A stretch of DNA of 64,000 nucleotides from Candidatus Sulfotelmatobacter sp. (GTDB taxonomy: Bacteria > Acidobacteriota > Terriglobia > Terriglobales > Acidobacteriaceae): NCBI GenBank assembly GCA_035486795.1, contig DATHMS010000025.1, forward strand, positions 16 through 64,015, given 5' to 3'. Both the position numbers and the translations under genes were made by a program. The notes beneath the pieces are model-generated. The model made no database searches and was not told where the DNA came from. It was given only the letters and a program-made list of their open reading frames with translations. Below, in pieces: positions 27,768 through 36,722 of this stretch (the stretch's first letter is position 1; every line of letters begins with the position of its first letter).

Positions 27768-28013
27768 GGCTAGACCTCGTATTTAATGATGTCGGTTAAA
27801 CGCGGGATTCGCCCGTAGAAAGATCACAGGCTGCCTCGAAAGTATGCAGGCGAAAACGAATTATACCACGAGACGATTCCGCCGGTCGTGGCTTCCCTCG
27901 AAAACGGGCCGCGTGATCCGGGATAACCTTCCATCGTTGGCCGGCGGCGGCCTGATCGGGTTATTGACGACAGTAGACGTACGCCCTAACATGCCAGCGG
28001 GGTATCCTCCTGC

Positions 28014-30569
28014 ATGACTGACCAGGTCATAGGTCACTACCGAGTCCTCGAAAAAATCGGCTCCGGAGCCATGGGGGAGGTTTTCCGCGCGCGTGATGAA
28101 AGGCTGGGGCGCGACGTCGCGCTGAAGCTGATCCGGCCGGCTTCCAGCGACAATCGTGACCACCTGCGCCGTTTCGAACTGGAAGCTCGCGCTGCAGCAG
28201 CGCTGAATCATCCCAACATCGTCGCCGTTTATGACGTTGGTTTCAATGAGGGGTCTCCTTATATCGTTTGTGAATTGCTGCAAGGCGAGACCCTGCGCAA
28301 ACGGCTGGCAGAAGGAGCGCTGCCGGTTCGCATGGCCGTCGATTACTCACTGCAAATCGTGCAGGGGCTTATCGCAGCGCACGATCACCGCATTGTTCAT
28401 CGTGACCTGAAGCCGGAAAACCTGTTCGTGACCACCGACGGCCGAGTCAAGATTCTCGACTTCGGAGTGGCAAAACTCCAGTCTTCGCCCGAAGACTCTG
28501 GTCGGTCGGTAGAAGAATTGACTACGGTCACGAAAAGCGGCGCTGTCGTAGGCACCGTCGCTTACATGTCACCTGAGCAACTGCGGGGCAAGCCAGTGGA
28601 CCACCGCAGCGACATCTTCAGCGTGGGCGCGATTCTTTACGAAATGTTGACCGGGCATCGAGCCTTCCAAGGCGAGACTGAGGTAGACACAATTACCGCG
28701 GTACTCCTGGAAGATCCACCCCAAATCAATCTGGAGCAGGCGAGCATTCCCTTATCGTTCCAGCGTATCGTGCGCCACTGTCTGGAGAAGGAGCCGGAGA
28801 ACCGCTTTCAGTCGGCACGCGATCTGGGGTTTGCGCTGGACACTCTTTCAAGCGCTAATGGCGGGCAAGTAACGCGCCTCGGGGGTTCCCGCAGGCAAGC
28901 AAAGCTCGTCCCCTGGGCCTTGGCAGCTGTTCTTCTGGTGTCGACGCTGCTGCTCCTCGTAAATCAGTGGCGACGGCCCGCGCTCGCTCCATCGTACCGG
29001 CGTCTGACCTTCGAACAGGGCACGGTGTACTCGGCGCGCTTCGCACCCGACTATCGGGCGATTGTGTACGGTGCGGCCTGGAACGGAAAGCCGCTCCAGC
29101 TCTTCTCCACTGTCGGTGATTCGCTCCTGAGTCAGCCACTCAACGTTACCGACGCAAAGTTGCTCGCGATCTCTCGAAGCGGTGAATTGGCGGTGGCGCT
29201 CCACGGGGCTCACCTGTCACATCTGGAGATAGCAGGCGGCACGCTGGCCCGCACCCCTCTTGCGGGAGGTTCTCCCCGGGAGGTCCTCGAAGACGTTTCG
29301 TGGGCGGACTGGGATGCAAACGGTGAACTGGCTGTCGTGCATCATGCGCAGGGCCGTGATCGGATTGAGTATCCAATTGGTCATGTACTGTACGAAAGCA
29401 ACGGATGGGTCGGCGACCTGCGTTTTTCTCCGCAAGGCGACAAGATCGCTTTTATGGATCACCCTGCGGAGTCGGATGATCGCGGGTCCGTCTCCCTTGT
29501 CGACCTCAGCGGCCACGTGAAAGTGCTTACTGCAGAATGGGAATCCGAGGACGGCCTGGCCTGGAGCCCAGACGGGAAAGAAGTTTGGTTTACCGCCGTC
29601 GAAAAGGGCATCAACCGCGACCTGCTCGGGGTGAACATGTCTGGACGGATCCGAAAAATGCTGGATCTTCCGGCAGGCCTGACCTTGGAAGACGTGGCAC
29701 CCGATGGTCGAGTACTGGTAAGCCAGGATGACGAACGCATTGCAATGGCCACCACTGCGCGGGACGGCAAGAGCATCGATCTTTCCTGGCACGATTGGAA
29801 TATTGCCAAGGACATTTCGAGTGATGGGCAGTCCGTCTTGTTCGAAGATTCCAGTGAAGCCGCAGGTCCTCACTATTCAGTGGCCATTCGAAGAATCGAC
29901 GGCACTCCGCCGGTGCAATTGGGCGAAGGAAGCGCAGGTGGCCTGTCGCCGGACGGTAAATGGGCAATTTCTATTCTCACGGGTAGTCCTGGGCGCGTGA
30001 CGCTGCTTCCCATCGGTCCAGGTCAGCCTCGCACGATTGCGCTACCCGGGCTGGAGCACATCCAGAACGGCTATGCTCATTTTCTGGCGGATGGGAAACA
30101 CATCACGCTCAACGCCAACGAGGCCGGCCACGGCGCGCGCAGTTATCTGATCGATCTGAACGGTGGAAAACCAATACCGATCACGCCGGAGGGCATTACG
30201 AGTGGGTTGGTTTCTCCTGACGGGCAGTACATTCTCCGCCCCAACGAGGCGGGAGCCCCGGTCGCGGTTTATCCAATCACTGGAGGTGTGCCCCATACCA
30301 TCCCCAATCTCGAACCGGACTTTTCTCCGCTCCAATGGTCGGAGGACAACTCGACAGTCTATGGGTTTCGTCGTGGCCAGGTTCCAACCAACGTATACAA
30401 GGTCAACCTGGTGACAGGCGATAAGACTCTTATCCAGGAACTGCAGCCAACGACCACCACAGGCGTGGTTTACATTGCCCCCGTGGTTGTGACCCGCGAC
30501 GGCTCCCGCTTCGCTTATAGCTATTACCAAGTCTCCTCTGTGCTTTATCTGATTTCGGGCTTGCGGTAG
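28014..30569 (+). CDS. Ser/Thr protein kinase with TM helix and TolB-like beta-propeller ectodomain
   Basis: Hanks motifs GSGAMGEV, HRDLKPENLF, DFGVAK and GTVAYMSPEQ. TM segment LVPWALAAVLLVSTLLLLV. C-terminal repeats with SPDG/APDG turns typical of TolB/WD40-like propellers. Confidence 0.85.
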   Translation: MTDQVIGHYRVLEKIGSGAMGEVFRARDERLGRDVALKLIRPASSDNRDHLRRFELEARAAAALNHPNIVAVYDVGFNEGSPYIVCELLQGETLRKRLAEGALPVRMAVDYSLQIVQGLIAAHDHRIVHRDLKPENLFVTTDGRVKILDFGVAKLQSSPEDSGRSVEELTTVTKSGAVVGTVAYMSPEQLRGKPVDHRSDIFSVGAILYEMLTGHRAFQGETEVDTITAVLLEDPPQINLEQASIPLSFQRIVRHCLEKEPENRFQSARDLGFALDTLSSANGGQVTRLGGSRRQAKLVPWALAAVLLVSTLLLLVNQWRRPALAPSYRRLTFEQGTVYSARFAPDYRAIVYGAAWNGKPLQLFSTVGDSLLSQPLNVTDAKLLAISRSGELAVALHGAHLSHLEIAGGTLARTPLAGGSPREVLEDVSWADWDANGELAVVHHAQGRDRIEYPIGHVLYESNGWVGDLRFSPQGDKIAFMDHPAESDDRGSVSLVDLSGHVKVLTAEWESEDGLAWSPDGKEVWFTAVEKGINRDLLGVNMSGRIRKMLDLPAGLTLEDVAPDGRVLVSQDDERIAMATTARDGKSIDLSWHDWNIAKDISSDGQSVLFEDSSEAAGPHYSVAIRRIDGTPPVQLGEGSAGGLSPDGKWAISILTGSPGRVTLLPIGPGQPRTIALPGLEHIQNGYAHFLADGKHITLNANEAGHGARSYLIDLNGGKPIPITPEGITSGLVSPDGQYILRPNEAGAPVAVYPITGGVPHTIPNLEPDFSPLQWSEDNSTVYGFRRGQVPTNVYKVNLVTGDKTLIQELQPTTTTGVVYIAPVVVTRDGSRFAYSYYQVSSVLYLISGLR

Positions 30570-30593
30570 CCCAACCACGCCAGACGGGCCTGC

Positions 30594-31643
30594 TTATTCG
30601 AGTGGCCCGGAAAACCCCTCAGGCACGTAATGGAAGAAGATGGATGTCGAGGTGTAACCCTCCGGCAAGACACCTCGATAATGCGGTACCTCGGTTCCCC
30701 TATAGACCAGGCCGTCGCCCAATGCCTGATAAACCCTGACTGTGCCTTCGGCAGTATCCAGGCATATGGGCCACGAAGTTGCCACCTGCGGCTCGGGAGA
30801 AAAGTCGAGACATAGCGTAACGCTGAACTCGCACTGTTGCCGATCAGTGTGCTTCTTCAACTCGGCACCACTTAAGTAAGAAGCCAGATAAACATAAGAG
30901 GGCTTTAGCACTTCTCCCACAATGGCGCTGACCGCGTTTGTAATCTGGTGATGGAAGAAGCGCGCCACACTCTCATTGTGAAACGTGTAGCGCCGTGGGC
31001 TCTGCTCGTCGCCGAGAGGAATGGCGCCACGCCGGATGGCATGCCGGTAATAGCGGCGCAAAGCTGCAAGATTGAAAGGGTGAATCAAGTTGCCGACCGG
31101 CATGTATCCTTTTTCTCGAAACCCACGAGTACTTTTTCTGACGACTTCAGCCCACTCCGCAAGACGGCGCCCAGCCTGCTCCTCCGGCGTTACTATGCCC
31201 GCGCTAGCCAACAAGCAGCAGACGTCTCTGGGAACGGTGGCAGACACACGCTCACCTGCCCGGAGCCGTGAAACCACCGCTTCCAACTTTGGACCTAACC
31301 AGAACGGATGCAGAGAACCAGTGGCCGGGTCACGCACCCAGGCCACCGAATCCTGCAGGTTGAAGTTCTCCAGCAAGTGCCGGTGAAGTTCCAGTTCTGC
31401 CGGCAATTGTCCGGGGGGCAGTACCAAACATTCCGGGTTTAGGAATAGTTGCTGATGGGGCAGGTCCTGTGCCCAGCGTTGTGACTCGAGCTGGCGCGGC
31501 GGAATCAAGTGCAGCGGCAACTCGTCGAGCAGACAATGGAACCGGCCCGGAGGCAGCGTCGCGCTATCCCTTTGCCGCGACCCCGCCCCCATCAGGCCAG
31601 TAATCCATTCCAGCCACGCCGCGTCTTTTACTTGTGAAGCCAT
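30594..31643 (-). CDS. 2OG-Fe(II)-oxygenase-like protein (C-terminal HxD...H cupin), N-terminal domain unknown
   Basis: C-terminal KKHTDRQQCEFSVTLCLD (HxD), GTEVPHYRG (distal His) and STSIFFHYV. ATG 31643 overlaps the upstream gene by 16 nt; ATG 31688 is the alternative. Confidence 0.5.
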   Translation of the reverse strand: MASQVKDAAWLEWITGLMGAGSRQRDSATLPPGRFHCLLDELPLHLIPPRQLESQRWAQDLPHQQLFLNPECLVLPPGQLPAELELHRHLLENFNLQDSVAWVRDPATGSLHPFWLGPKLEAVVSRLRAGERVSATVPRDVCCLLASAGIVTPEEQAGRRLAEWAEVVRKSTRGFREKGYMPVGNLIHPFNLAALRRYYRHAIRRGAIPLGDEQSPRRYTFHNESVARFFHHQITNAVSAIVGEVLKPSYVYLASYLSGAELKKHTDRQQCEFSVTLCLDFSPEPQVATSWPICLDTAEGTVRVYQALGDGLVYRGTEVPHYRGVLPEGYTSTSIFFHYVPEGFSGPLE

Positions 31644-32815
31644 CCGTTTACTGTGAAGCGGCTGTCCGCAAATGCTTTTGAGCGGCATTCTACGGGAGTG
31701 ATTTCATGCAACAGCGAGCACGGAAAAAACACGATCTGGTTCTGCTGCGGCACTACAGTCTGATAGCTGCCTGTGCCGACTTGTCGCTCACCGCTCCCAT
31801 TCGAATCGTGGAGGCATAACTCCCCGCCCTCGAACTGGCAGGGTTCGCCATGGAAAAAGTAAACGAACGTGATCGTGCGAGATGCGATCGCTTCCTGCGC
31901 GTCGTCGCAGTGCGCCAGGAAAAAGTCCCCGTCGTTGCTGGCTGTAATCTGAGTTTCCACGTGTCTAACGGGAAACTCCTCGATGCCAAGCTGATCCAGC
32001 ACCCTCGGCAGCACCCACCGAATTCGCTCCAGGATGACTTCCCTATGCTTTCCCAACTCCGTTAGCACCCGCGAGCGGCGATGGTTGTAGTCGACCACTC
32101 CCGGTCCGCCGCTCGGCGAGACTACTTCGCTGCTCTGGAACTCGGCCTCATGCTGCAGCGTGTAAGAAATAAGTTCGTCGAGCTCTTGCGGAGCCAGGAA
32201 CTCATCCAGCACAACGCATCGCGCCCGAACCGTCTCAGGCGCATCCAAAACGCCGACTCCGTTATCCGGCTCGACGTGGCTATGCTGCGCCCACTCCTGC
32301 ACCGGAGCATTCAATGTTCGGAGACGGTCGGGTCGCAATGCACCTTGCGGCCCCGGAGCCTTGGCTGGCGGTGGCGGCGCACCTTGCGGCCCCGGAGCCT
32401 TAACGGGTGGTTGCGGCGCACCTTGCGGCCCGGGAGCTTTATCGGGTGGTTGCGGCAAGCCTTGCGGCCCGGGAGCTTTATCGGGTGGTTGCGGCATGGC
32501 TTGTGGACCGGGAGCATGTAGCTGAACCGAGGCTGAAGGCATGGTCTCGTCAGTCCCCGCGGGAATTCCCGAGCGAGCCAGGATTTGTTCCACAATGCTG
32601 CCGCCCAACAGCGCAAATGCGCGCTGGGCAACGGTTTCACCTACGGATCGCGCTATGGCTGCGCTTACGGCCGATTGGGTCTGCGGGTCACGGCTGGAAG
32701 CTGCTCTGGAGTTTTGCAGGAGGCTCATCAGCAACTCCTGCTCTTGCGGGCTCAGGATTCGTTCATCCCGCATCAACGTTTCAGAAAAGGAATCGAGAAT
32801 CTGCTTCGCCGTCAT
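31628..32815 (-). CDS. 2OG-Fe(II) oxygenase (prolyl-hydroxylase-like fold) with Pro-rich tandem-repeat linker
   Basis: ATG 32815 about 8 nt after GGAGGAG. C-terminal FLAHCDD (HxD), SLLHEITPV (His) and RFTVNGWLHK (Arg). Central APGPQGxPQPPxK x4.4 repeat. Confidence 0.6.
   Translation of the reverse strand: MTAKQILDSFSETLMRDERILSPQEQELLMSLLQNSRAASSRDPQTQSAVSAAIARSVGETVAQRAFALLGGSIVEQILARSGIPAGTDETMPSASVQLHAPGPQAMPQPPDKAPGPQGLPQPPDKAPGPQGAPQPPVKAPGPQGAPPPPAKAPGPQGALRPDRLRTLNAPVQEWAQHSHVEPDNGVGVLDAPETVRARCVVLDEFLAPQELDELISYTLQHEAEFQSSEVVSPSGGPGVVDYNHRRSRVLTELGKHREVILERIRWVLPRVLDQLGIEEFPVRHVETQITASNDGDFFLAHCDDAQEAIASRTITFVYFFHGEPCQFEGGELCLHDSNGSGERQVGTGSYQTVVPQQNQIVFFPCSLLHEITPVECRSKAFADSRFTVNGWLHK
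32343..32515 (-). repeat. 39-bp in-frame tandem repeat (about 4.4 copies)
   Basis: Copies at 32343, 32382, 32421 and 32460 plus a partial copy from 32499. Copies 3 and 4 differ at 1 of 39 nt. Encodes (K)APGPQG-PQPP-. Confidence 0.9.
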
Positions 32816-32955
32816 CGGGCACACTCCTCCCTCAACTTGGTTGAACGTTTTTAGTTCCAGTGGGGCGAAATGGGGAAGCAGCTTTCGCGGAGACACTACC
32901 ACCGAGGCGGCAAATTATCAAACGAAAAGTTATTCAAACTTTTAGCAGGAAGACG

Positions 32956-33651
32956 TTACCGGCTCGCCATGGCGCCCACCATGGAATGGAAGATCTTCAT
33001 GCCGTCAGTACAGCCGAGTTCAGGTTCAGCAGAGCGCTCGGGATGAGGCATCATGCCGACTACATTGCCGCCAGCGCTGCAGATGCCGGCGATATTGTCG
33101 AGAGAACCGTTGGGATTGGCCGAGGACGAAATCTCACCATTGAGGGCGGCATAGCGAAACACAACTCGATCGTTTCGATGTAAGTCATCCAACGTCGCCT
33201 GGTCGCAGAAGTAGTTCCCCTCCATATGACCGATGGGGATCGTCAATACTTCTCCCTGGGAGCAGGCGTTGGTGAAGGGAGTAGCAGCATTCTCCACCCG
33301 CACCTGTACCGGTTTGCAGACGTATTTCAGTCCAGTATTCCGCATTAAAGCTCCCGGCAAAAGGCCGGACTCGCACAGGATCTGAAAACCATTGCAGATC
33401 CCCAGCACGAGACCTCCGCTATCGGCAAAGCGGCGCACCGACTCCATCACAGGAGAGAACTTCGCGATCGCGCCGGTTCTGAGGTAGTCGCCAAAAGCAA
33501 ACCCTCCGGGGACGATGACGGCATCGCAGTTTTCCAGATCGTGCGATTCATGCCAAAGAAAAGTTACGGGCTGCTTAGCAACCTGTTGAATGGTCCAGTA
33601 GGCATCGTGGTCGCAGTTCGAGCCGGGAAAGATGATGACTCCAAATTTCAT
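32956..33651 (-). CDS. purQ: phosphoribosylformylglycinamidine synthase, glutaminase subunit
   Basis: [18 protein letters not shown] (nucleophile Cys) and MMPHPERS. Confidence 0.9.
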   Translation of the reverse strand: MKFGVIIFPGSNCDHDAYWTIQQVAKQPVTFLWHESHDLENCDAVIVPGGFAFGDYLRTGAIAKFSPVMESVRRFADSGGLVLGICNGFQILCESGLLPGALMRNTGLKYVCKPVQVRVENAATPFTNACSQGEVLTIPIGHMEGNYFCDQATLDDLHRNDRVVFRYAALNGEISSSANPNGSLDNIAGICSAGGNVVGMMPHPERSAEPELGCTDGMKIFHSMVGAMASR

Positions 33652-34170
33652 CGCCTGTCGCCTGTCCTTGGTTTGGGATTTGAGGTCAGTTTAGCACGCC
33701 CGGTTTTGGGCAGTGCAGTACTGCGGCGCTGCGATCGAGCCGCAAAATAAATCTAGCCGACGGCTTCCGCTGCCGAGTGAGTTTACCTTTTTCTAACGGG
33801 GTACCCCCTCCCCCCTGGGTGTATTGGAATCATCAAGTTAGCGCGAAATTCCCCGCAAAATCCGCATGGCAAATGACTTAGCGGTCATAATCCGCAAAAC
33901 AAAGGAGTTATGTCCTGATTTTTGCTCGGGCACCGCAGCGGGCTCTACTGCCCTTGCTTGGGCAATGATCCGACGAATCGTGGGCTGTGCGCAAGGTCAG
34001 TGGTCACAGAGTTGTGCAGTGGAAATCTTTTGGCACAACTTCGCCGGGCCGACGGGGCTGTTGATCCGCGAGCGGGCTGGAGTCATCTTTGACTCCACAC
34101 GGGCGTCGCTTTGCTCCGCTAACGGCCGAGGCGGCCGTCTCCACATGAGTTGGGGGCTGCACGCAGGCAG

Positions 34171-34207
34171 CAGGTTCCTCGCTCGCCTTCGGCGCGCTCG
34201 GAATGAC
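34171..34207 (-). repeat. short dispersed motif copy 1 (GTCATYCYGA...AGGAMCTG)
   Basis: Minus-strand reading: GTCATTCCGAGCGCGCCGAAGGCGAGCGAGGAACCTG. Starts 6 nt after the stop of gene 34214..35113. Confidence 0.35.
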
Positions 34208-34213
34208 AAAGGC

Positions 34214-35113
34214 TTAGGGATGGACTATGGCGGTTGGCGCTGCGGGCGGCGTTACGGTCTTCGGGGTCGCGTCGGGCTCAGCGGCGGGGTGGGTTGCGGC
34301 TTCACCTTGCATGATTGTTGTCATTTCAGGAGGAGCCGGCGGGGGAATCCCCTTTGCCCTCACGATCGCCCAGTGCCATTCCTGGTCAGGAAAGAGCGCA
34401 AAGTTCAAAGGCGTGCGGAAGGTCGCAGTCGTGGATGGAGCGGCTGATCCCTTTGCGTGCAGCAGGAGGGTCACATCAGGCTGCCTCTGGGTCGAGTCCG
34501 GAGCTTGTGGGGGCGCGTCACTCGACGCCGCGGGAATAATTCGTGCCTGGCCGAAGTGCGAAAGGGTGTCGGCGGGCTCTGGGCGTTTCACGATGGTGAG
34601 ACCGATCAGCACCTCGCGCAGGTCCCATAGCGTTCCGTTATGCATGGAAACCTGCAGGGAATCTCCGTCGATCGTGGCCGGACCCTCCAGCTTGGCCAGT
34701 TCGCTGCGCGGTAATTCGTCCAGCAAGAAGGGATCGGAGAGCAGTGAAGTGGTCTTCGCGGTAAACGACAGACTGCAGCTGACATCGGGGGACGCCACGT
34801 GAAAGCTCTTGCCTCCGGGAGCGAGTGAGAACACTAGCGAGGAACCAGTCGCACGCCGGCTTTCGGCGTCGTCCATCGATTGCGAGAGATTGTCATTGTC
34901 AATCACCGGTTCGGACGAAGCAGTATTCTTTCGAAAGCTGCGCGCCACATCCCCCAGCGGAGTGTCGCCGGGATCTTCTTGTGCGCTAACCCAGGAGGGC
35001 AAGGCCAACAGGAGCATTCCCGAGACCAGCAGGGCCAGCTTCAGGCGGATTGGGGTAAATACTCGCACAGGGAATAAGGAAGCGAGCCAAACGCGCGATT
35101 CATTCGCCCGCAA
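34214..35113 (-). CDS. hypothetical secreted protein, Pro/Ala/Thr-rich C-terminus
   Basis: Signal peptide RLKLALLVSGMLLLALPSWVSAQE. The listed start is TTG; GTG 35068 and ATG 35017 are in-frame alternatives. Confidence 0.5.
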   Translation of the reverse strand: MRANESRVWLASLFPVRVFTPIRLKLALLVSGMLLLALPSWVSAQEDPGDTPLGDVARSFRKNTASSEPVIDNDNLSQSMDDAESRRATGSSLVFSLAPGGKSFHVASPDVSCSLSFTAKTTSLLSDPFLLDELPRSELAKLEGPATIDGDSLQVSMHNGTLWDLREVLIGLTIVKRPEPADTLSHFGQARIIPAASSDAPPQAPDSTQRQPDVTLLLHAKGSAAPSTTATFRTPLNFALFPDQEWHWAIVRAKGIPPPAPPEMTTIMQGEAATHPAAEPDATPKTVTPPAAPTAIVHP

Positions 35114-35140
35114 GAAATGCGGGCGAGTCGCGAGGCTGGC

Positions 35141-35184
35141 CTAGGTCCTTCGTTCGCGCAAAGAACGCGCTTTCTCAGGATGAC
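35141..35184 (-). repeat. short dispersed motif copy 2
   Basis: Minus-strand reading: GTCATCCTGAGAAAGCGCGTTCTTTGCGCGAACGAAGGACCTAG. Lies just upstream of gene 34214..35113. Confidence 0.35.
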
Positions 35185-35284
35185 AACCAAACGTCCTATA
35201 GCAATTGTAGTGAGAGGGAGTGGCGAAGCGGAGGTTACCTGGGGAACTTTAGTAACTGGAACTTCCCAGAAGAAGATTAAAGAT

Positions 35285-35327
35285 GGGCGCGCGCTGACGA
35301 AATGGAGGCGCAACGGGGCGCGCGCCC
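35285..35327. other. 10-bp all-GC perfect hairpin
   Basis: GGGCGCGCGC (35285-35294) pairs with GCGCGCGCCC (35318-35327) across a 23-nt loop, in a gene-free stretch. Confidence 0.6.
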
Positions 35328-35664
35328 AAACCTAAACCCGGACCTTCCTAAAGAAGACCCGAGGACCGCAACCGCGAGACTGGATCGGCTACTGGCTGCC
35401 GCCGGAATACCCAACGGGCCACCGCAAAGCCCAGAGCCGCGTAACACAGATGCATGAACCTCATAGACACCCCCAACGTCTCAATCGGCCATCACCTCAG
35501 GGGAGGATCAGCATCACTATCGGCAAAATAGCAGTGGGGCGGAGACCGGACAAGGCCCGTCCGTGCCATCTCTGTGGCACGGAAGTAATACGGCATGGCC
35601 CGCAAGTGCATTACGCAAGAGCCGGCAGTAAGTGTCGCTTTTTCAGTGGGCGGGGTCGTCGGCA

Positions 35665-35712
35665 GGCATCATTATTAGCAAGCGTCATCATTAGCAGGCA
35701 TCATCATTAGCA
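35665..35712. repeat. three tandem 16-nt units
   Basis: GGCATCATTATTAGCA / AGCGTCATCATTAGCA / GGCATCATCATTAGCA, about 90 nt downstream of the ppk2 stop. Confidence 0.85.
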
Positions 35713-35801
35713 GGGATCGAGGGCATCCGGATGGGGAGCATCCGGAGCGCAGCAGCGGGCCAGTCGAATGGGAGACGCGCGACACACATCAGTTCCCGAT
35801 G

Positions 35802-36677
35802 CTATTTCTTCGCGAGCGTTAGACGGGCGGCTTGAAGCTCTCTGCGTTTGGCGGCGTCCACCTTGGGATAGGCGAGATTGAGTTCTTCCAGCGTTTCCAC
35901 AATGGCCGCTGAAACAGCGAGGTGCGTGAACCATTTATTGTCCGCTGGGATGACATACCATGGAGCGTGTTTAGTGGCAGTATGGCAGATCATGTCTTCG
36001 TAAGCTTTCTGATAATCGTCCCAATATTCGCGTTCATGAACATCTGCCGCGGAGAACTTCCAGTTCTTCCCCGGTTCGTCCAGGCGAGCCAGGAAGCGCC
36101 GTTTCTGTTCCTTTTTCGAAAGGTGGAGGAAAAACTTGCGGATAACCGTGCCGTTGCGCGCCATGTGGCGCTCAAAGCAGCGAATGTCTTCGAAGCGTTC
36201 CTCCCAGATGTCCTTCGTGACCAAGGATGCGGGAAGTTTCTCGTTCTCGAGCGCCTTGGGATGTACGCGCACCACCAGCACCTCTTCGTAGTAGGAGCGA
36301 TTGAAAATTCCGATGTGGCCGCGCTCGGGCAGATTTCGGGTCGTGCGCCACAGAAAATCGTGTTGCAGTTCGGCCTCAGAGGGCACTTTGAACGAGTAGA
36401 CCTGGCAGCCTTCCGGGTTCACGCCCGATAGGACGTGCTTAATCGTCCCATCTTTGCCGGCAGCGTCCATAGCCTGAAAGATCAGCAACAGCGACCAACA
36501 ATCCTGGGCGTAAAGTTTAGCCTGCAGGTCGGCCATGCGGGCGATATCTTTCTGCAGATCTTCCTGCGCATGCTCAACCGAGCGCCAGTGTCCCGTATCA
36601 GCAGGATCGAAGTCCTTCAAGCGTAAATGCTTGCCATCGTCGACGCGATAGGATCGGGCTAGTTTGGCAGTTCTCAT
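35802..36677 (-). CDS. ppk2: polyphosphate kinase 2 family protein
   Basis: Walker-A-like FQAMDAAGKDGTIKHV, plus FNRSYYEEVLVVRVH and DKWFTHL, typical of PPK2. Confidence 0.85.
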   Translation of the reverse strand: MRTAKLARSYRVDDGKHLRLKDFDPADTGHWRSVEHAQEDLQKDIARMADLQAKLYAQDCWSLLLIFQAMDAAGKDGTIKHVLSGVNPEGCQVYSFKVPSEAELQHDFLWRTTRNLPERGHIGIFNRSYYEEVLVVRVHPKALENEKLPASLVTKDIWEERFEDIRCFERHMARNGTVIRKFFLHLSKKEQKRRFLARLDEPGKNWKFSAADVHEREYWDDYQKAYEDMICHTATKHAPWYVIPADNKWFTHLAVSAAIVETLEELNLAYPKVDAAKRRELQAARLTLAKK

Positions 36678-36722
36678 TCGTTTTTCACTCCGGCGAAGCT
36701 ATTGCGTGATCGGTTCTCCTGC

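Noticed and set aside
27964-27992. TTGACG-N17-TAACAT sigma70-like promoter upstream of the Ser/Thr kinase.
   Set aside because: It is plausible, but promoter consensus in this lineage is uncertain and there is no supporting SD or TSS evidence, so I did not list it as a feature.
32343-32515. Tandem repeats (here and in the atp/nuo spacers) as a CRISPR array.
   Set aside because: The units are contiguous with no unique spacers. Periods are 7-39 nt, one array is in frame inside a gene, and no cas genes are present.
33867-33890. GCAAATGACTTAGCGGTCATAA, which superficially resembles a tmRNA tag-coding start (GCAAACGAC...).
   Set aside because: No tRNA-like 5' GGGG... or 3' ...TCCACCA ends and no T-arm are present nearby on either strand. 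The decoded tag would not end in the usual hydrophobic Ala-Ala.
33866-34447. 193-aa plus-strand ORF spanning the purQ-upstream gap and running into gene 34214..35113.
   Set aside because: Its composition is Arg/Gly/Cys-rich, it has no RBS, and it overlaps a better-supported minus-strand gene. I treat the region as non-coding.
35575-35580. TGGCAC hexamers at 35575 and 59364 as sigma54 -24 boxes.
   Set aside because: No GC/TTGC element sits at the required 10-nt offset (the second has TGCA 2 nt too close), and neither is suitably placed upstream of a gene start.
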